Of a DNA stretch of 64,000 bases, positions 54,061-63,896 are shown piece after piece. This stretch comes from an uncultured Enterobacteriaceae bacterium (GTDB lineage Bacteria > Pseudomonadota > Gammaproteobacteria > Burkholderiales > UBA3065), in the NCBI GenBank assembly GCA_964524005.1, contig CAZGBK010000003.1, positions 3,155-67,154 on the forward strand, read 5' to 3'. The notes below the pieces were generated by a model. That model ran no database searches and had not been told where the DNA came from. It saw only the letters and a list, made by a program, of their open reading frames with translations. Position numbers and translations under genes: made by a program. Every line of letters begins with the position of its first letter. Position 1 is the first letter of the stretch.

Positions 54061-56170
54061 GACCTTCCGCTCGCTGCGGGTCGGCCCAGGGCTGTTGCCG
54101 CTGGCACTCGCGCTGTGGCTGCAGCCTGCATTTGCGGCGCCCGAGCCACAGCCGCCGCGTGACCCCAACGACCACAATCCGACCTACGTCGGCCGCAAGG
54201 CGGTGGCGCAAGTGCAGGTGGTTGCGGCATCGGTGCTGCTGCGTGCCGAACCCGATGCCGAGGCCTTGGCGGTGGGGCGGGTCGATCGAGGGCAGCTGCT
54301 GACAGTGCTCGAGCAGCGTGGCGACTGGTTCCGCGTTCGCGTTGCCAGCGCCCCTGAAGAGCGTTCGGCCTGGTTGCTGCGCGAACCGGCCGAGTACGGC
54401 GAGTGGAGTGTGGACCTGCTCTACGCCGCTGGCGAGACCGGCTTCGCCCGCGAGGCGATCGGTGCCGCCGAGGGTGAATTGCCAGCGCTGGACGAAGCCC
54501 GGCCGGCGGTGCCCAGCCGCGTGGTCACATTGCCGCCGCTCGACCCCGATCAGCTGCCGCCGCCGCAAGCCAACCTCCCGCGCGAGTCGGTGCCCATTCC
54601 GGACCGCTGGCGACTGATGCAGGCGCTGGGGTTCAAATTCCCCTGGTACGACCCTTATAACCAGAATGTACTGAAGGGCGATCTGCCGGTGCTGGCGATC
54701 GGCAAGGACTGGTTCTTCAACTTCACCGGCATTTCGGACAGCTTGTTCGAGATACGCTCGACGCCGCTACCGGTGTCGCAGGCCATCGCCTTTCGGCCCA
54801 ACAGCAACAACATCTATGGTGATTACGACCAGCGTATCTTTGGCCAGAACCTGATCTTCAACGTCTCGCTGACCAAGGGCAACACCACCTACCGGCCGCC
54901 CGATTGGGAGTTCCGGCTGGTGCCCGTGATCAACTATGTCAACGCCCGCGTCGACGAGGCCGGGATCCTGCGCATCAACCCGCAGGAGGGCCTGACCCGC
55001 GAGACCAGTTTCATCGGTATCCAGGAGGGGTTTGTCGACTACCACCTGCGGAACGTGTCCGATCGCTACGACTTCGACTCGATCCGCGTCGGCATCCAGC
55101 CATTTATCAGTGATTTCCGCGGTTTCGTGTTCCAAGACACGCAGTTTGGCGTGCGCTTGTTCGGCAACCGCCACAACAACGTCTACCAGTACAACCTGGC
55201 GTGGTTCCGGCGGATCGAGAAGGACATCAATAGCGGTCTGAACGACATCGGCAAGCCGCTGCGCGACGACGACATCTTCGTCGCCAACCTGTATCGGCAG
55301 GACTTTCCGATCACCGGCCTGACCACTCAGGGCACGGTGATCCACAACCGCAACCGCGAGACCGACTTCTTCTACGACCGCAACGGCTTTGTGCAACGGC
55401 CGGCGCTGCTTGGCGAGGCGCGGCCGCGAGAATACGACGTGACGTACCTGGGCCTGACGTTCGACGGCCACTTCGGCATGGTCTACCCCGATTGGCGGCT
55501 GAATATCAGCAGCTCGACCTACTTTGCTGTTGGCCGCGACCGCAACAGTCCGCTGGCTGAGCGTCCCAACGACATCCGCGCCTTCTTCCATGCCACCGAG
55601 CTGTCGCGCGACTTCAGTTGGGTCCGGCTGCGTGGGAATTTCCTGTACGCCAGCGGCGACCGCGATCCTTATGACGGGAAGGCCACAGGCTTTGACGCCA
55701 TCTTCGAGAACCCGCAGTTCGCCGGGGCTGATACCAGCTACTTCATCCGCCAGGGCATCCCGCTGATCGGCGGGGGCCTGGTCACGCTGTCGGGGCGGAA
55801 CGGGATCCTGCCGTCGCTGCGGTCAAGCAAGGAGCAGGGCCAGTCGAACTTCGTCAACCCGGGGCTGCTGCTGATCGGCGCTGGGGCCGACTTCGACGTC
55901 AGACCCGAGCTGCGGCTAACCACCAACATCTCGTACCTGCGTTTCAATGAGACCGCCGTGTTGGGTGCTTTGCGCAACGAGCGCAAGCCTGGGCGGGACC
56001 TTGGCATCGACTTCTCGGTTGGCGCGCAGTGGCGCCCGTTCTTCAACCAGAACGTGATCATCAACGGCTCTTTGTCGGTGCTGAAGTTGGGCGACGGCCT
56101 GAAAGACCTCTACGGTGATCGCAACGACCCGTTCTACTCCGGAATCATCAACGCCATCTTGACCTTCTGA
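54044..56170 (+). CDS. Outer-membrane beta-barrel protein with N-terminal SH3b-like domain
   Basis: ATG at 54044 gives the signal peptide MSVSSRTFRSLRVGPGLLPLALALWLQPAFA|AP. SH3-like segment VLLRAEPDAEALAVGRVDRGQLLTVLEQRGDWFRVRV. About 560 aa with alternating aromatic/polar beta-strand character. C-terminal ...INAILTF. Confidence 0.65.
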   Translation: MSVSSRTFRSLRVGPGLLPLALALWLQPAFAAPEPQPPRDPNDHNPTYVGRKAVAQVQVVAASVLLRAEPDAEALAVGRVDRGQLLTVLEQRGDWFRVRVASAPEERSAWLLREPAEYGEWSVDLLYAAGETGFAREAIGAAEGELPALDEARPAVPSRVVTLPPLDPDQLPPPQANLPRESVPIPDRWRLMQALGFKFPWYDPYNQNVLKGDLPVLAIGKDWFFNFTGISDSLFEIRSTPLPVSQAIAFRPNSNNIYGDYDQRIFGQNLIFNVSLTKGNTTYRPPDWEFRLVPVINYVNARVDEAGILRINPQEGLTRETSFIGIQEGFVDYHLRNVSDRYDFDSIRVGIQPFISDFRGFVFQDTQFGVRLFGNRHNNVYQYNLAWFRRIEKDINSGLNDIGKPLRDDDIFVANLYRQDFPITGLTTQGTVIHNRNRETDFFYDRNGFVQRPALLGEARPREYDVTYLGLTFDGHFGMVYPDWRLNISSSTYFAVGRDRNSPLAERPNDIRAFFHATELSRDFSWVRLRGNFLYASGDRDPYDGKATGFDAIFENPQFAGADTSYFIRQGIPLIGGGLVTLSGRNGILPSLRSSKEQGQSNFVNPGLLLIGAGADFDVRPELRLTTNISYLRFNETAVLGALRNERKPGRDLGIDFSVGAQWRPFFNQNVIINGSLSVLKLGDGLKDLYGDRNDPFYSGIINAILTF

Positions 56171-56172
56171 CG

Positions 56173-59100
56173 ATGTCCCAGCCCAGCCCAACCTCTGCCC
56201 CCGTTCACCCTGTCACGCGTCGTGCCGCGACCTGGGCGCGCTGGTGCGCGCTGGCAGTGGTCGCCATTGCCGCTCCTCTGCTGTTGACCGGTGGCGGCGA
56301 ACCGGCGACTGCCGCCGAGGCCAAGCTGGTCAAGCGCGACTACGTGATGGCGCCGCCGGCGCCCAAGGCGCAGACCTGGGAAGAGGCCAAGGTCAAGACC
56401 GACGGCTGCATGAGCTGCCACACCGAGACCGACGCCCACACCATGCACGCCAACCCAGGTGTGGTGCTGGGCTGTACCGACTGCCACGGTGGCAATGCTG
56501 ACGTCTGGCGGGCAAAGTCGGGCCCCGAGGCCGAGCCGACCCACCCGGCCTACATCGAGGCGATGAACAGTGCCCACATCCTGCCGCGCAACCCCAAGCT
56601 GTGGAAGAACGCCGCCAATCCTGCCGGCACCTACGCCCACCTGAACAAGGAACATCCGGCCTTCGTGCGTTTCATCAACCCGGGGGATCTGCGGGTTGCG
56701 CGCGATGCCTGTGGGGCGTGTCACCTACCGATCATCCAGGCGCAGGAACGCAGCCTGATGAGCACCTCGTCGATGCTGTGGGGCGGTGCGGCGTACAACA
56801 ACGGCATCTTGCCGTTCAAGCGCTACATGCTGGGCGAGGCTTACACCCAGGACGGTACCGCCGCGGCGATCGTCAACCCGGTGAAGCCCGACGAAGACCT
56901 GTTCGTCTTCAAGGGGGTGCTGGAGAAGCTCTACCCGCTGCCGGCGTGGGAGACCATTCCGCCGGGCGACGTGTTTCGCGTGTTCGAGCGTGGCGGACGG
57001 GTGATCAACAGTATCTTCCCCGAGGTCGGCCTACCCAACAGCACCGGCATCCTGCAGCGTCTGGATGAGCCGGGACGTCCCGACATCAAGCAGAGCAACC
57101 GCGGTCCGGGGACCGGCAACCGCATCTCGGTACCGGTGATCAACTTGACCAAGACGCGCCTGAACGACCCGCATTTGTGGTTTTTGGGTACCAACGACAA
57201 CCCAGGCGATTATCGCTCCTCGGGCTGCACCGCCTGCCACGTGGTCTACGCCAACGACCGCCAGCCAGGCCACAGCGGGCCGTATGCGCAGTTCGGCAAC
57301 ATGGGCCGCACGCAGACGGTCGACCCGACGATCCCCAAGGATCGCTCTGGCCATCCGCTGCAGCACGTGTTCACGCGGGCCATCCCCAGTAGCCAGTGCA
57401 TGGTCTGCCACATGCACCAGCCGAACATCTACGTGAACTCGTTCTACGGCTACCTGCAGTACGACTACGAGCCAGACGCACCGCGTATGTTCCCGGCCAA
57501 GCAGCACTACCCGAGCGACGCCGAGATCCGCGAGATCAACCTGCGCAACCCGGAAGAGGCGGTGATCCGCGGCAATTGGCGTGACCCGGCGTTCCTGAAC
57601 GACCTCTGGCTGAAGAACGACCAGATGAAGGACACCCAGTTCGCCGACTATCACGGCCACGGTTGGGTGTTCCGCGCTGTCCACAAGCGCAACCGCAAGG
57701 GCGCGCTGCTCGACAAGGACAACAACATCGTCGCCGACGACGATCCGGACAAGTTCAAGAAGGCGGTGCATCTGTCGTCGATCCACCTCGACCTCGGCAT
57801 GCACTGCGTCGACTGCCACTTCTCGCAGGACATGCACGGCAACGGCCACATCTACGGCGAAGTGGCGGCTGCGATCGAGATCGACTGCGCCGACTGCCAT
57901 GGCACCGCCAAGGCCTATCCGACGCTGCACACCAGTGGCCCGGCAGCTCGCCCCGGCGGCATGGACCTCACCCTGCTGAAGACCGCCGACGGTCGCAAGC
58001 GCTTCGAGTGGATCGACGGCGTGCTGTATCAGCGTTCGTCGCTCGACCCGAAGCTGGAATGGAAGATGTCGCTGGTGCGGGATTCTGTGAATCCCGATCA
58101 TCCCGAGTACAACGCCAAGGCCGCGCGCGCCAAGCTGATGGCAGCAGGCGAGGAGGGGCGTCAAGGCAAGTGGGGGCCAGGCGTCGAGAACTTGGCGCAC
58201 GACAACGATCGTATGCTCTGCTTCACCTGCCACCTGAGCTGGACCACCAGCTGCGCTGGCTGTCACCTGCCGATCCAGGCCAACTGGAAGACCGAGCGCA
58301 ACCACTTCGAGGGTGGAGAGACGCGTAACTACGCCACCTACAACGTCCAGGTGGTGCGCGAGGACATGTTCCAGCTGGGCATCCATGGTCCAGTCAAGAA
58401 CAGCCGCATCGCACCGTTCCGTTCGAGCTCGGCGCTGGTGCTTTCGTCGCAGAACAGCAACCGCGAACGTATCTACTACCAGCAGCCACCGATCGCCGCG
58501 AGCGGCTTTTCGAGCCAGGCCTTTGCCCCGCATTACCCGCACACCGAGCGCAAGGAAGAGACCAAGACCTGCACCGACTGCCATGTGTCGCGGGACAACG
58601 ACAACAACGCGATCATGGCGCAGCTGCTGTTGCAGGGCACCAACTTCGTCAACTTCGTCGGCCGCTACGCCTGGTTAGGTTCAGAGAAGCATGTCGAGTC
58701 GGTGGGTGTGACCGAATGGGATGAGCCGCAGGCGGTGATCGGCTCGTACCTGCAGAAGTACGTCTACCCAGACTGGTATGCCGAGCACCAGAAACACGGT
58801 CGCGAGATCGTCGACATGCCGCACCGCGAGGCCGCCACACACATTCGTGCCCCGGACGCGGCCCAGTGCCTGCAGATGCGTGGCGAATACCTGTTTGTGG
58901 CCGAGGGCAAGGGCGGTTTCCGTGTCTATGACATTGCCGGTAACGGCAACAAAGGCGTGAGCCAGCGCATCATCCGCGCGCCGTTCTCGCCGTTGGGCCA
59001 CGATGCGCACGTGCCGTCGAAGAATGCCACCTGCGTCGCCCTGCCGACCAACCAGCCCATCGCGCCGACCCGCAACCAGGGCGACCTGATGCGCAAGACC

Positions 59101-60045
59101 AACATGGAGCAGCCGTTCCACCCGATCTACCACTACGCGTTTGTAGTCGACGCCGACGAGGGGCTGATCGTCGTCAATGTCGATACCTTTGCCGACGGCG
59201 AGGCGCGCAACAACTTCCTCAAGCGCGCAGCCACCTGGAATCCGGGCGGCGTCTTGAAGGGTGCTCGGCACATCGTGGTGGCGGGGCACTACGCCTATAT
59301 CACGACGCCCAAGGGCCTGGAGATCATCGACCTCGATGACCCGCTGGCACCCAAGCCGTTCGCGTCGATCCCGCTGAACGATGCGCGTGCCAGCGCGGTG
59401 CAGTTCCGCTACGTGTATGTGACCACTGGCGAGGGCCTGCAGGTGGTCGACATCACCGACATGAAGCCGCGTCTGTTGCCAGCAGTGGTCCCGCTGAAGG
59501 ACGCGCGCCGCGTCTACCTGGCTCGCACCTACGCCTATGTCGCTGCCGGCGCCGAGGGCCTGGCGATTGTCGATATCGAGAAGGCCGACGCGCCACGGCT
59601 GCACCAGATGTACACCGCCGATGGCCGCATCAATGACGCACAGGACGTGATCGTCGGTAGCACCAATGCCTCGTTGTTCGCCTATGTGGCCGACGGCCGT
59701 AACGGCCTGAAGGTGCTGCAGCTGACTTCGCCCGAGATCCAGCCCAAGTTCTACGGCTTCTCACCGGAACCGAAGCCAGAATTGATCGCCACGCGCAAAA
59801 CCAAGTCGCGCGCGATCGCGCTGTCGAAGGGCCTCGATCGCGACCGTGCGGTGGACGAGACCGGTGGACAGATCGCCATCATCGGGCGGATCGGCGCGCG
59901 GCCGTTCAACCGCAAAGAGATGGACAAGCTGTATCTGAATCCGCAGGGCGAACTGTGGACGGTGACCGACCGCGTCGACACCTCCGCTTTCGTTCCGCGG
60001 CGCAGGCCGGCCGATCTGGCCAGTGACAAGCGAGGCAAGCCATGA
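56173..60045 (+). CDS. 1290-aa decahaem c-type cytochrome fused to an LVIVD-repeat beta-propeller-like C-terminal domain
   Basis: Ten CXXCH motifs between nt 56407 and 58583: CMSCH, CTDCH, CGACH, CTACH, CMVCH, CVDCH, CADCH, CFTCH, CAGCH, CTDCH. Then six G-[LF]-x-[IV]-[IVL]-[DNQ] repeats: [48 protein letters not shown]. Confidence 0.8.
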   Translation: MSQPSPTSAPVHPVTRRAATWARWCALAVVAIAAPLLLTGGGEPATAAEAKLVKRDYVMAPPAPKAQTWEEAKVKTDGCMSCHTETDAHTMHANPGVVLGCTDCHGGNADVWRAKSGPEAEPTHPAYIEAMNSAHILPRNPKLWKNAANPAGTYAHLNKEHPAFVRFINPGDLRVARDACGACHLPIIQAQERSLMSTSSMLWGGAAYNNGILPFKRYMLGEAYTQDGTAAAIVNPVKPDEDLFVFKGVLEKLYPLPAWETIPPGDVFRVFERGGRVINSIFPEVGLPNSTGILQRLDEPGRPDIKQSNRGPGTGNRISVPVINLTKTRLNDPHLWFLGTNDNPGDYRSSGCTACHVVYANDRQPGHSGPYAQFGNMGRTQTVDPTIPKDRSGHPLQHVFTRAIPSSQCMVCHMHQPNIYVNSFYGYLQYDYEPDAPRMFPAKQHYPSDAEIREINLRNPEEAVIRGNWRDPAFLNDLWLKNDQMKDTQFADYHGHGWVFRAVHKRNRKGALLDKDNNIVADDDPDKFKKAVHLSSIHLDLGMHCVDCHFSQDMHGNGHIYGEVAAAIEIDCADCHGTAKAYPTLHTSGPAARPGGMDLTLLKTADGRKRFEWIDGVLYQRSSLDPKLEWKMSLVRDSVNPDHPEYNAKAARAKLMAAGEEGRQGKWGPGVENLAHDNDRMLCFTCHLSWTTSCAGCHLPIQANWKTERNHFEGGETRNYATYNVQVVREDMFQLGIHGPVKNSRIAPFRSSSALVLSSQNSNRERIYYQQPPIAASGFSSQAFAPHYPHTERKEETKTCTDCHVSRDNDNNAIMAQLLLQGTNFVNFVGRYAWLGSEKHVESVGVTEWDEPQAVIGSYLQKYVYPDWYAEHQKHGREIVDMPHREAATHIRAPDAAQCLQMRGEYLFVAEGKGGFRVYDIAGNGNKGVSQRIIRAPFSPLGHDAHVPSKNATCVALPTNQPIAPTRNQGDLMRKTNMEQPFHPIYHYAFVVDADEGLIVVNVDTFADGEARNNFLKRAATWNPGGVLKGARHIVVAGHYAYITTPKGLEIIDLDDPLAPKPFASIPLNDARASAVQFRYVYVTTGEGLQVVDITDMKPRLLPAVVPLKDARRVYLARTYAYVAAGAEGLAIVDIEKADAPRLHQMYTADGRINDAQDVIVGSTNASLFAYVADGRNGLKVLQLTSPEIQPKFYGFSPEPKPELIATRKTKSRAIALSKGLDRDRAVDETGGQIAIIGRIGARPFNRKEMDKLYLNPQGELWTVTDRVDTSAFVPRRRPADLASDKRGKP

Positions 60046-61433
60046 GGCACGTGTTGACAAGGGTGGCTGGCGAGGTCCGGCGCGTTGTTAGAGAGAGCGG
60101 TTGTGTTCTGGCAAGCCGGGTGCTGGCGGCATGGCTGCTCGCCGCAGGTGCCAGCATGGCAACGGCGGCGCCGCTGATGCCGCATCTGTCGCCGCACAAG
60201 ACCGAAGGCACGGTGAACTGCGCGAGCAGCACCTGCCACGGCTCGGTCACCCCCTGGGATGGCAGCAACGTGCTGCAGAACGAGTACACCACGTGGACGC
60301 GCATGGACAAGCACACCACGGCCTACCGGGTGTTGCTGAACGACGAATCCAAGCGCATCGCCAAGAACCTCGGTCTGACCGAGGGCGCGCACAAGGCCAA
60401 GATCTGCCTGGATTGCCATGCCCACAACCCCAGTGGCCCGGTCGGCGAGCGTTTCGTGCAGAGCGAAGGCATCGGTTGCGAGGGCTGTCATGGCCCGTCG
60501 GGCAAGTGGATCGGCCCGCACACGGTCGAGGGCCGCACTCACGCGCAGAACGTCGCCGATGGCCTGTACCCGACCGCCAACCCCACCGCCCAGGCGCGGC
60601 TGTGCCTGTCGTGTCACTTTGGTGACGAGTCGCGCTTCGTCACACACCGCATCATGGGCGCCGGTCACCCGCGGATCTCGTTCGAGATCAAGACCTTCAC
60701 CGCGATCCAGCCGCAGCACTGGAAGGTCGACGCCGATTACATCCAGCGCAAGGGCAGCTACGATCCGCTGCGCGTCTGGGCCATCGGCCAGGCGATCGCC
60801 GCGCAGCAGATCCTCGATGTCATCGCTGACCCGAAGCGTCGCGACGGCCTGTTCCCGGAACTGGTCGCCTTCGACTGCCACGCCTGCCACCACGCCATGA
60901 GCGACAAGCGCTGGAATGCCCGCCTGGGCACTGGTCCTGGGGTGGTGCGGGTGAATGACAGCAACCTGCTGATGCTGCGGGCGATCGTCCGTGCTACCGA
61001 CCCATCCGCCTCGGCGGCATTCGACGCGCAGGTCAAGGCCATGCATCTGGCGGTATCGACGGGCAAGAAGCCGGCCGGCAAGACCGAGCTCGACATGGTG
61101 CGCGAACTGTCGGCGAGTATCGGCGCGATGTTGCCCAAGCTGGAAAAGACGAGCTTCCCGCCGGCAACCATGCGCCAGGTGCTGCTGGCGTTGATCGACG
61201 AGTCGCGTGAGTCGAGTTATTCGGACTACGCCGGTGCCGAGCAGGCCTACATGGCGATCACCAATGTCGCCAATAGCCTGATCCAGTCGGGCACGCTGAC
61301 GCTCAACCCGCAGCTGCGCAGCGGCATGGCCGACCTTCTGAAGAGTCTGGCCAACGACGAGCGCTACAAGCCGGATGCTTTCGCCAACCAGTTGCTGGCC
61401 TTGCGTGGCGTGGTTGCCGCGCAGGCACGCTAG
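60042..61433 (+). CDS. Periplasmic multihaem c-type cytochrome (4 CXXCH + 1 CX4CH)
   Basis: 463 aa. Signal-like RVLAAWLLAAGASMATAAP. Motifs CASSTCH, CLDCH, CEGCH, CLSCH, CHACH. ATGA overlap with the upstream gene. Confidence 0.75.
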   Translation: MRHVLTRVAGEVRRVVRESGCVLASRVLAAWLLAAGASMATAAPLMPHLSPHKTEGTVNCASSTCHGSVTPWDGSNVLQNEYTTWTRMDKHTTAYRVLLNDESKRIAKNLGLTEGAHKAKICLDCHAHNPSGPVGERFVQSEGIGCEGCHGPSGKWIGPHTVEGRTHAQNVADGLYPTANPTAQARLCLSCHFGDESRFVTHRIMGAGHPRISFEIKTFTAIQPQHWKVDADYIQRKGSYDPLRVWAIGQAIAAQQILDVIADPKRRDGLFPELVAFDCHACHHAMSDKRWNARLGTGPGVVRVNDSNLLMLRAIVRATDPSASAAFDAQVKAMHLAVSTGKKPAGKTELDMVRELSASIGAMLPKLEKTSFPPATMRQVLLALIDESRESSYSDYAGAEQAYMAITNVANSLIQSGTLTLNPQLRSGMADLLKSLANDERYKPDAFANQLLALRGVVAAQAR

Positions 61434-61457
61434 ATCACGTCAGGGCAGGGAACCACC

Positions 61458-63890
61458 ATGGGCATGATGTTCGCCGAGGTCGACGCCGAATACGACATTG
61501 TCATCGTCGGTTCGGGGCCGGCTGGTCTGTCGGCCGCGTCGCGCGCGCAAGAGCGCGGCAACCGCTACGTGCTGCTCGAGGCTGAAGACCACGCATCCGA
61601 CACCATCTACAAGTACCAAAAGGGCAAGCATGTGATGGCCGAGCCGGGCTTCTTGCCCCTGCGTTCGGGCATGAAGTTCGCCGAGGGCAAGCGCGAGGGC
61701 ATCCTTGGCGAGTGGGACGATGCGCTGAAGGGCCAAGGCATCAATATCGCCTACAAGAAGAAGGTCAGCGGCATTCAGCGCGACCCGAAGACCGGCCAGT
61801 TCACCATCAGCTGCGAAGACGGCAGCACCTACACCAGCCGTACGGTGATCCTTGGCATCGGCTTGCAGGGCAACATCCGCAAGCTTGGCGTGCCGGGCGA
61901 AAACCTGCCGCGGGTGCAATACACCCTGTCGGACCCGGACGAGTTCAAGGACGAGGTCATTGTTGTGGTCGGTGCCGGCGACGCCGGTATCGAGAATGCC
62001 TGCGCCTTGGCCAAGCAGAACCAGCTGCACCTGATGAACCGCGACGTCGAGTTCACGGTGTGTAAAGACGGCAACAAGAACCTGGCGCTGGCGACGGAAA
62101 AGTCCGGAAAGATGACCATCTGGCACTCGGCGTTCGCCGTGCGGGTGGAAGAGACTGGTGCCGAACCGCCGCTGAACTACGTCTTCAACAGTAAAGACGG
62201 CGAGGTGAGCATCCCCTGCCATCGCGTGGTCGCCCGTTGCGGGGCGATCCCCCCGCGCAAGCTGGTGGAGAGCTTCGGGATCGAGTTCCCCAACCCGAAC
62301 CCGACCTCCATTCCGGTGCTGTCCGAGACCTACGAGTCGAACGTGCCGGGCTTGTTCGTGGTCGGCGCGCTGGGCGGTTACCCGCTGATCAAGCAGGCGA
62401 TGAACCAGGGCTACGAGGTGGTCGAGACGATCAACGGCGAGGTCGTCGAGCCGGTCGACGAGCCGCTGATCCGCGAGCGCCTGCAGAGCTGGAAGCCGAA
62501 CGCCAACGTCGGCGAGCTGATCGACAGCCTGCGGGCGATGTCGCCGTTCTTCGGTGCGATGTCGAAGCTGCAGATGCGCGAGATCCTGCTCGAATCGAAT
62601 GTCCGTGTGCTGCGCGAAGGCGACACCGTTTACAAGAAGGGCGACTACACCGCCAGCTTCTTCTCGATCGCCGAGGGCAGTGTGCAGGTGCAGGTGGGTG
62701 AGGCAGAGGGCTCGATCACGCTCGAGGCCGGCCGCTTCTTTGGCGAGATGAGTCTGCTCTCGGGCCGCCGAACCACTGCCACCGTGCTCGCCGGGCGCGG
62801 CTGCGTGCTGATCGAGACGCCGCGACGCACCATGCTCAAGCTCATCGCATCGTCGGATGAAGTCAGCAAGCAGATCGACAACGCCTTTGTTCGCAACGCC
62901 ATCATCAGCTATATCGGGCCGATGATGACTCCGGCAGCGATCGATGCGCTGCTCGAGGGCGGCGTTCAGCTGAAGCGCTTCAACGCCAAGCAGGTGGTGT
63001 TCAATGCCGGTGACGATCCGGACGGTTTGTACCTGATCCGTCGCGGTTCCGTCGAGGTGAGTATCCAGTCCGGTGGGCGCAAGGAGGTGCTGGGCGTGGT
63101 ACCGGCTGGCGGCTATGTCGGCGAGATGGCGCTGGTTGACGACGCCAAGCGCATGGCGACGGTGACCGCAACCGTGCTGACCGAGGCGCTGGTGTTCGAC
63201 GGTGCCCGCTTCAAGGCCGAGATCGATCGCAACTCACAGCTGCGCGAAGCCCTGCAGGCGATGATCCTCGAGCGCACCCGCAAGAACGTGGCGAAGAGCG
63301 AGAAGTCGTCCAGCGGGTCGTTCATGCAGCAGTTCTTGCTAGCGCAGGGGGTGGGCGAGGCGACCAATATCCTGGTGATCGACGAGACCAAATGCGTGCA
63401 GTGCAACAACTGCGAGATCGCCTGTGCCGAGACGCATGACGGTGTCTCGCGGCTGCGCCGCGATGTCGGCCCGACGCTGAACCACGTGCACATCCCGGTG
63501 GCCTGCCGCCACTGCGAGAACCCGCACTGCATGAAGGACTGTCCGCCGAATGCGATCAGCCGGCAGGCGAACGGCGCGGTGTTCATCGCCGACACCTGCA
63601 TCGGCTGCGGCAACTGCGAGCGCAACTGCCCCTATGGCGTGATCTCGCTGGCGCCGCAGAAGCCGCCCAAGTTCGGCGCCGGCTGGATGTGGCTGCTGTT
63701 CGGCATCGGCTCGCCGCCGGGGCAGCGTGCCCCGGATTACGATCCGGATGCGCGTAAGCAGGCGGTCAAGTGCGACCTTTGCGCGTCGGTGAAGGGTGGG
63801 CCGCGCTGCGTGAACGCCTGTCCGACCGGGGCCGCGATCCGCATGGCACCCGAGACGCTGCTGCAGCGGGTCGAGTCGGGAAGCCTGTAG
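61458..63890 (+). CDS. FAD/NAD(P)-dependent oxidoreductase fused to two cNMP-binding domains and a four-cluster [4Fe-4S] ferredoxin domain
   Basis: 810 aa with no signal peptide. DIVIVGSGPAGLSAA and VIVVVGAGDAGIENA Rossmann motifs. FFGEMSLLSGRRTTATV and YVGEMALVDDAKRMATV cNMP motifs. CVQCNNCEIAC, CRHCENPHCMKDCP, CIGCGNCERNCP, CDLC...CVNACP. Confidence 0.8.
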   Translation: MGMMFAEVDAEYDIVIVGSGPAGLSAASRAQERGNRYVLLEAEDHASDTIYKYQKGKHVMAEPGFLPLRSGMKFAEGKREGILGEWDDALKGQGINIAYKKKVSGIQRDPKTGQFTISCEDGSTYTSRTVILGIGLQGNIRKLGVPGENLPRVQYTLSDPDEFKDEVIVVVGAGDAGIENACALAKQNQLHLMNRDVEFTVCKDGNKNLALATEKSGKMTIWHSAFAVRVEETGAEPPLNYVFNSKDGEVSIPCHRVVARCGAIPPRKLVESFGIEFPNPNPTSIPVLSETYESNVPGLFVVGALGGYPLIKQAMNQGYEVVETINGEVVEPVDEPLIRERLQSWKPNANVGELIDSLRAMSPFFGAMSKLQMREILLESNVRVLREGDTVYKKGDYTASFFSIAEGSVQVQVGEAEGSITLEAGRFFGEMSLLSGRRTTATVLAGRGCVLIETPRRTMLKLIASSDEVSKQIDNAFVRNAIISYIGPMMTPAAIDALLEGGVQLKRFNAKQVVFNAGDDPDGLYLIRRGSVEVSIQSGGRKEVLGVVPAGGYVGEMALVDDAKRMATVTATVLTEALVFDGARFKAEIDRNSQLREALQAMILERTRKNVAKSEKSSSGSFMQQFLLAQGVGEATNILVIDETKCVQCNNCEIACAETHDGVSRLRRDVGPTLNHVHIPVACRHCENPHCMKDCPPNAISRQANGAVFIADTCIGCGNCERNCPYGVISLAPQKPPKFGAGWMWLLFGIGSPPGQRAPDYDPDARKQAVKCDLCASVKGGPRCVNACPTGAAIRMAPETLLQRVESGSL

Positions 63891-63896
63891 TGGCCG

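Noticed and set aside
56173-56300. A twin-arginine-like TRRAATW at the N-terminus of the 1290-aa cytochrome, next to a tatAB-containing window.
   Set aside because: c-type cytochromes are exported unfolded by Sec and matured by Ccm. The motif lacks the F-L-K part of the Tat consensus. It is treated as an ordinary signal or anchor.
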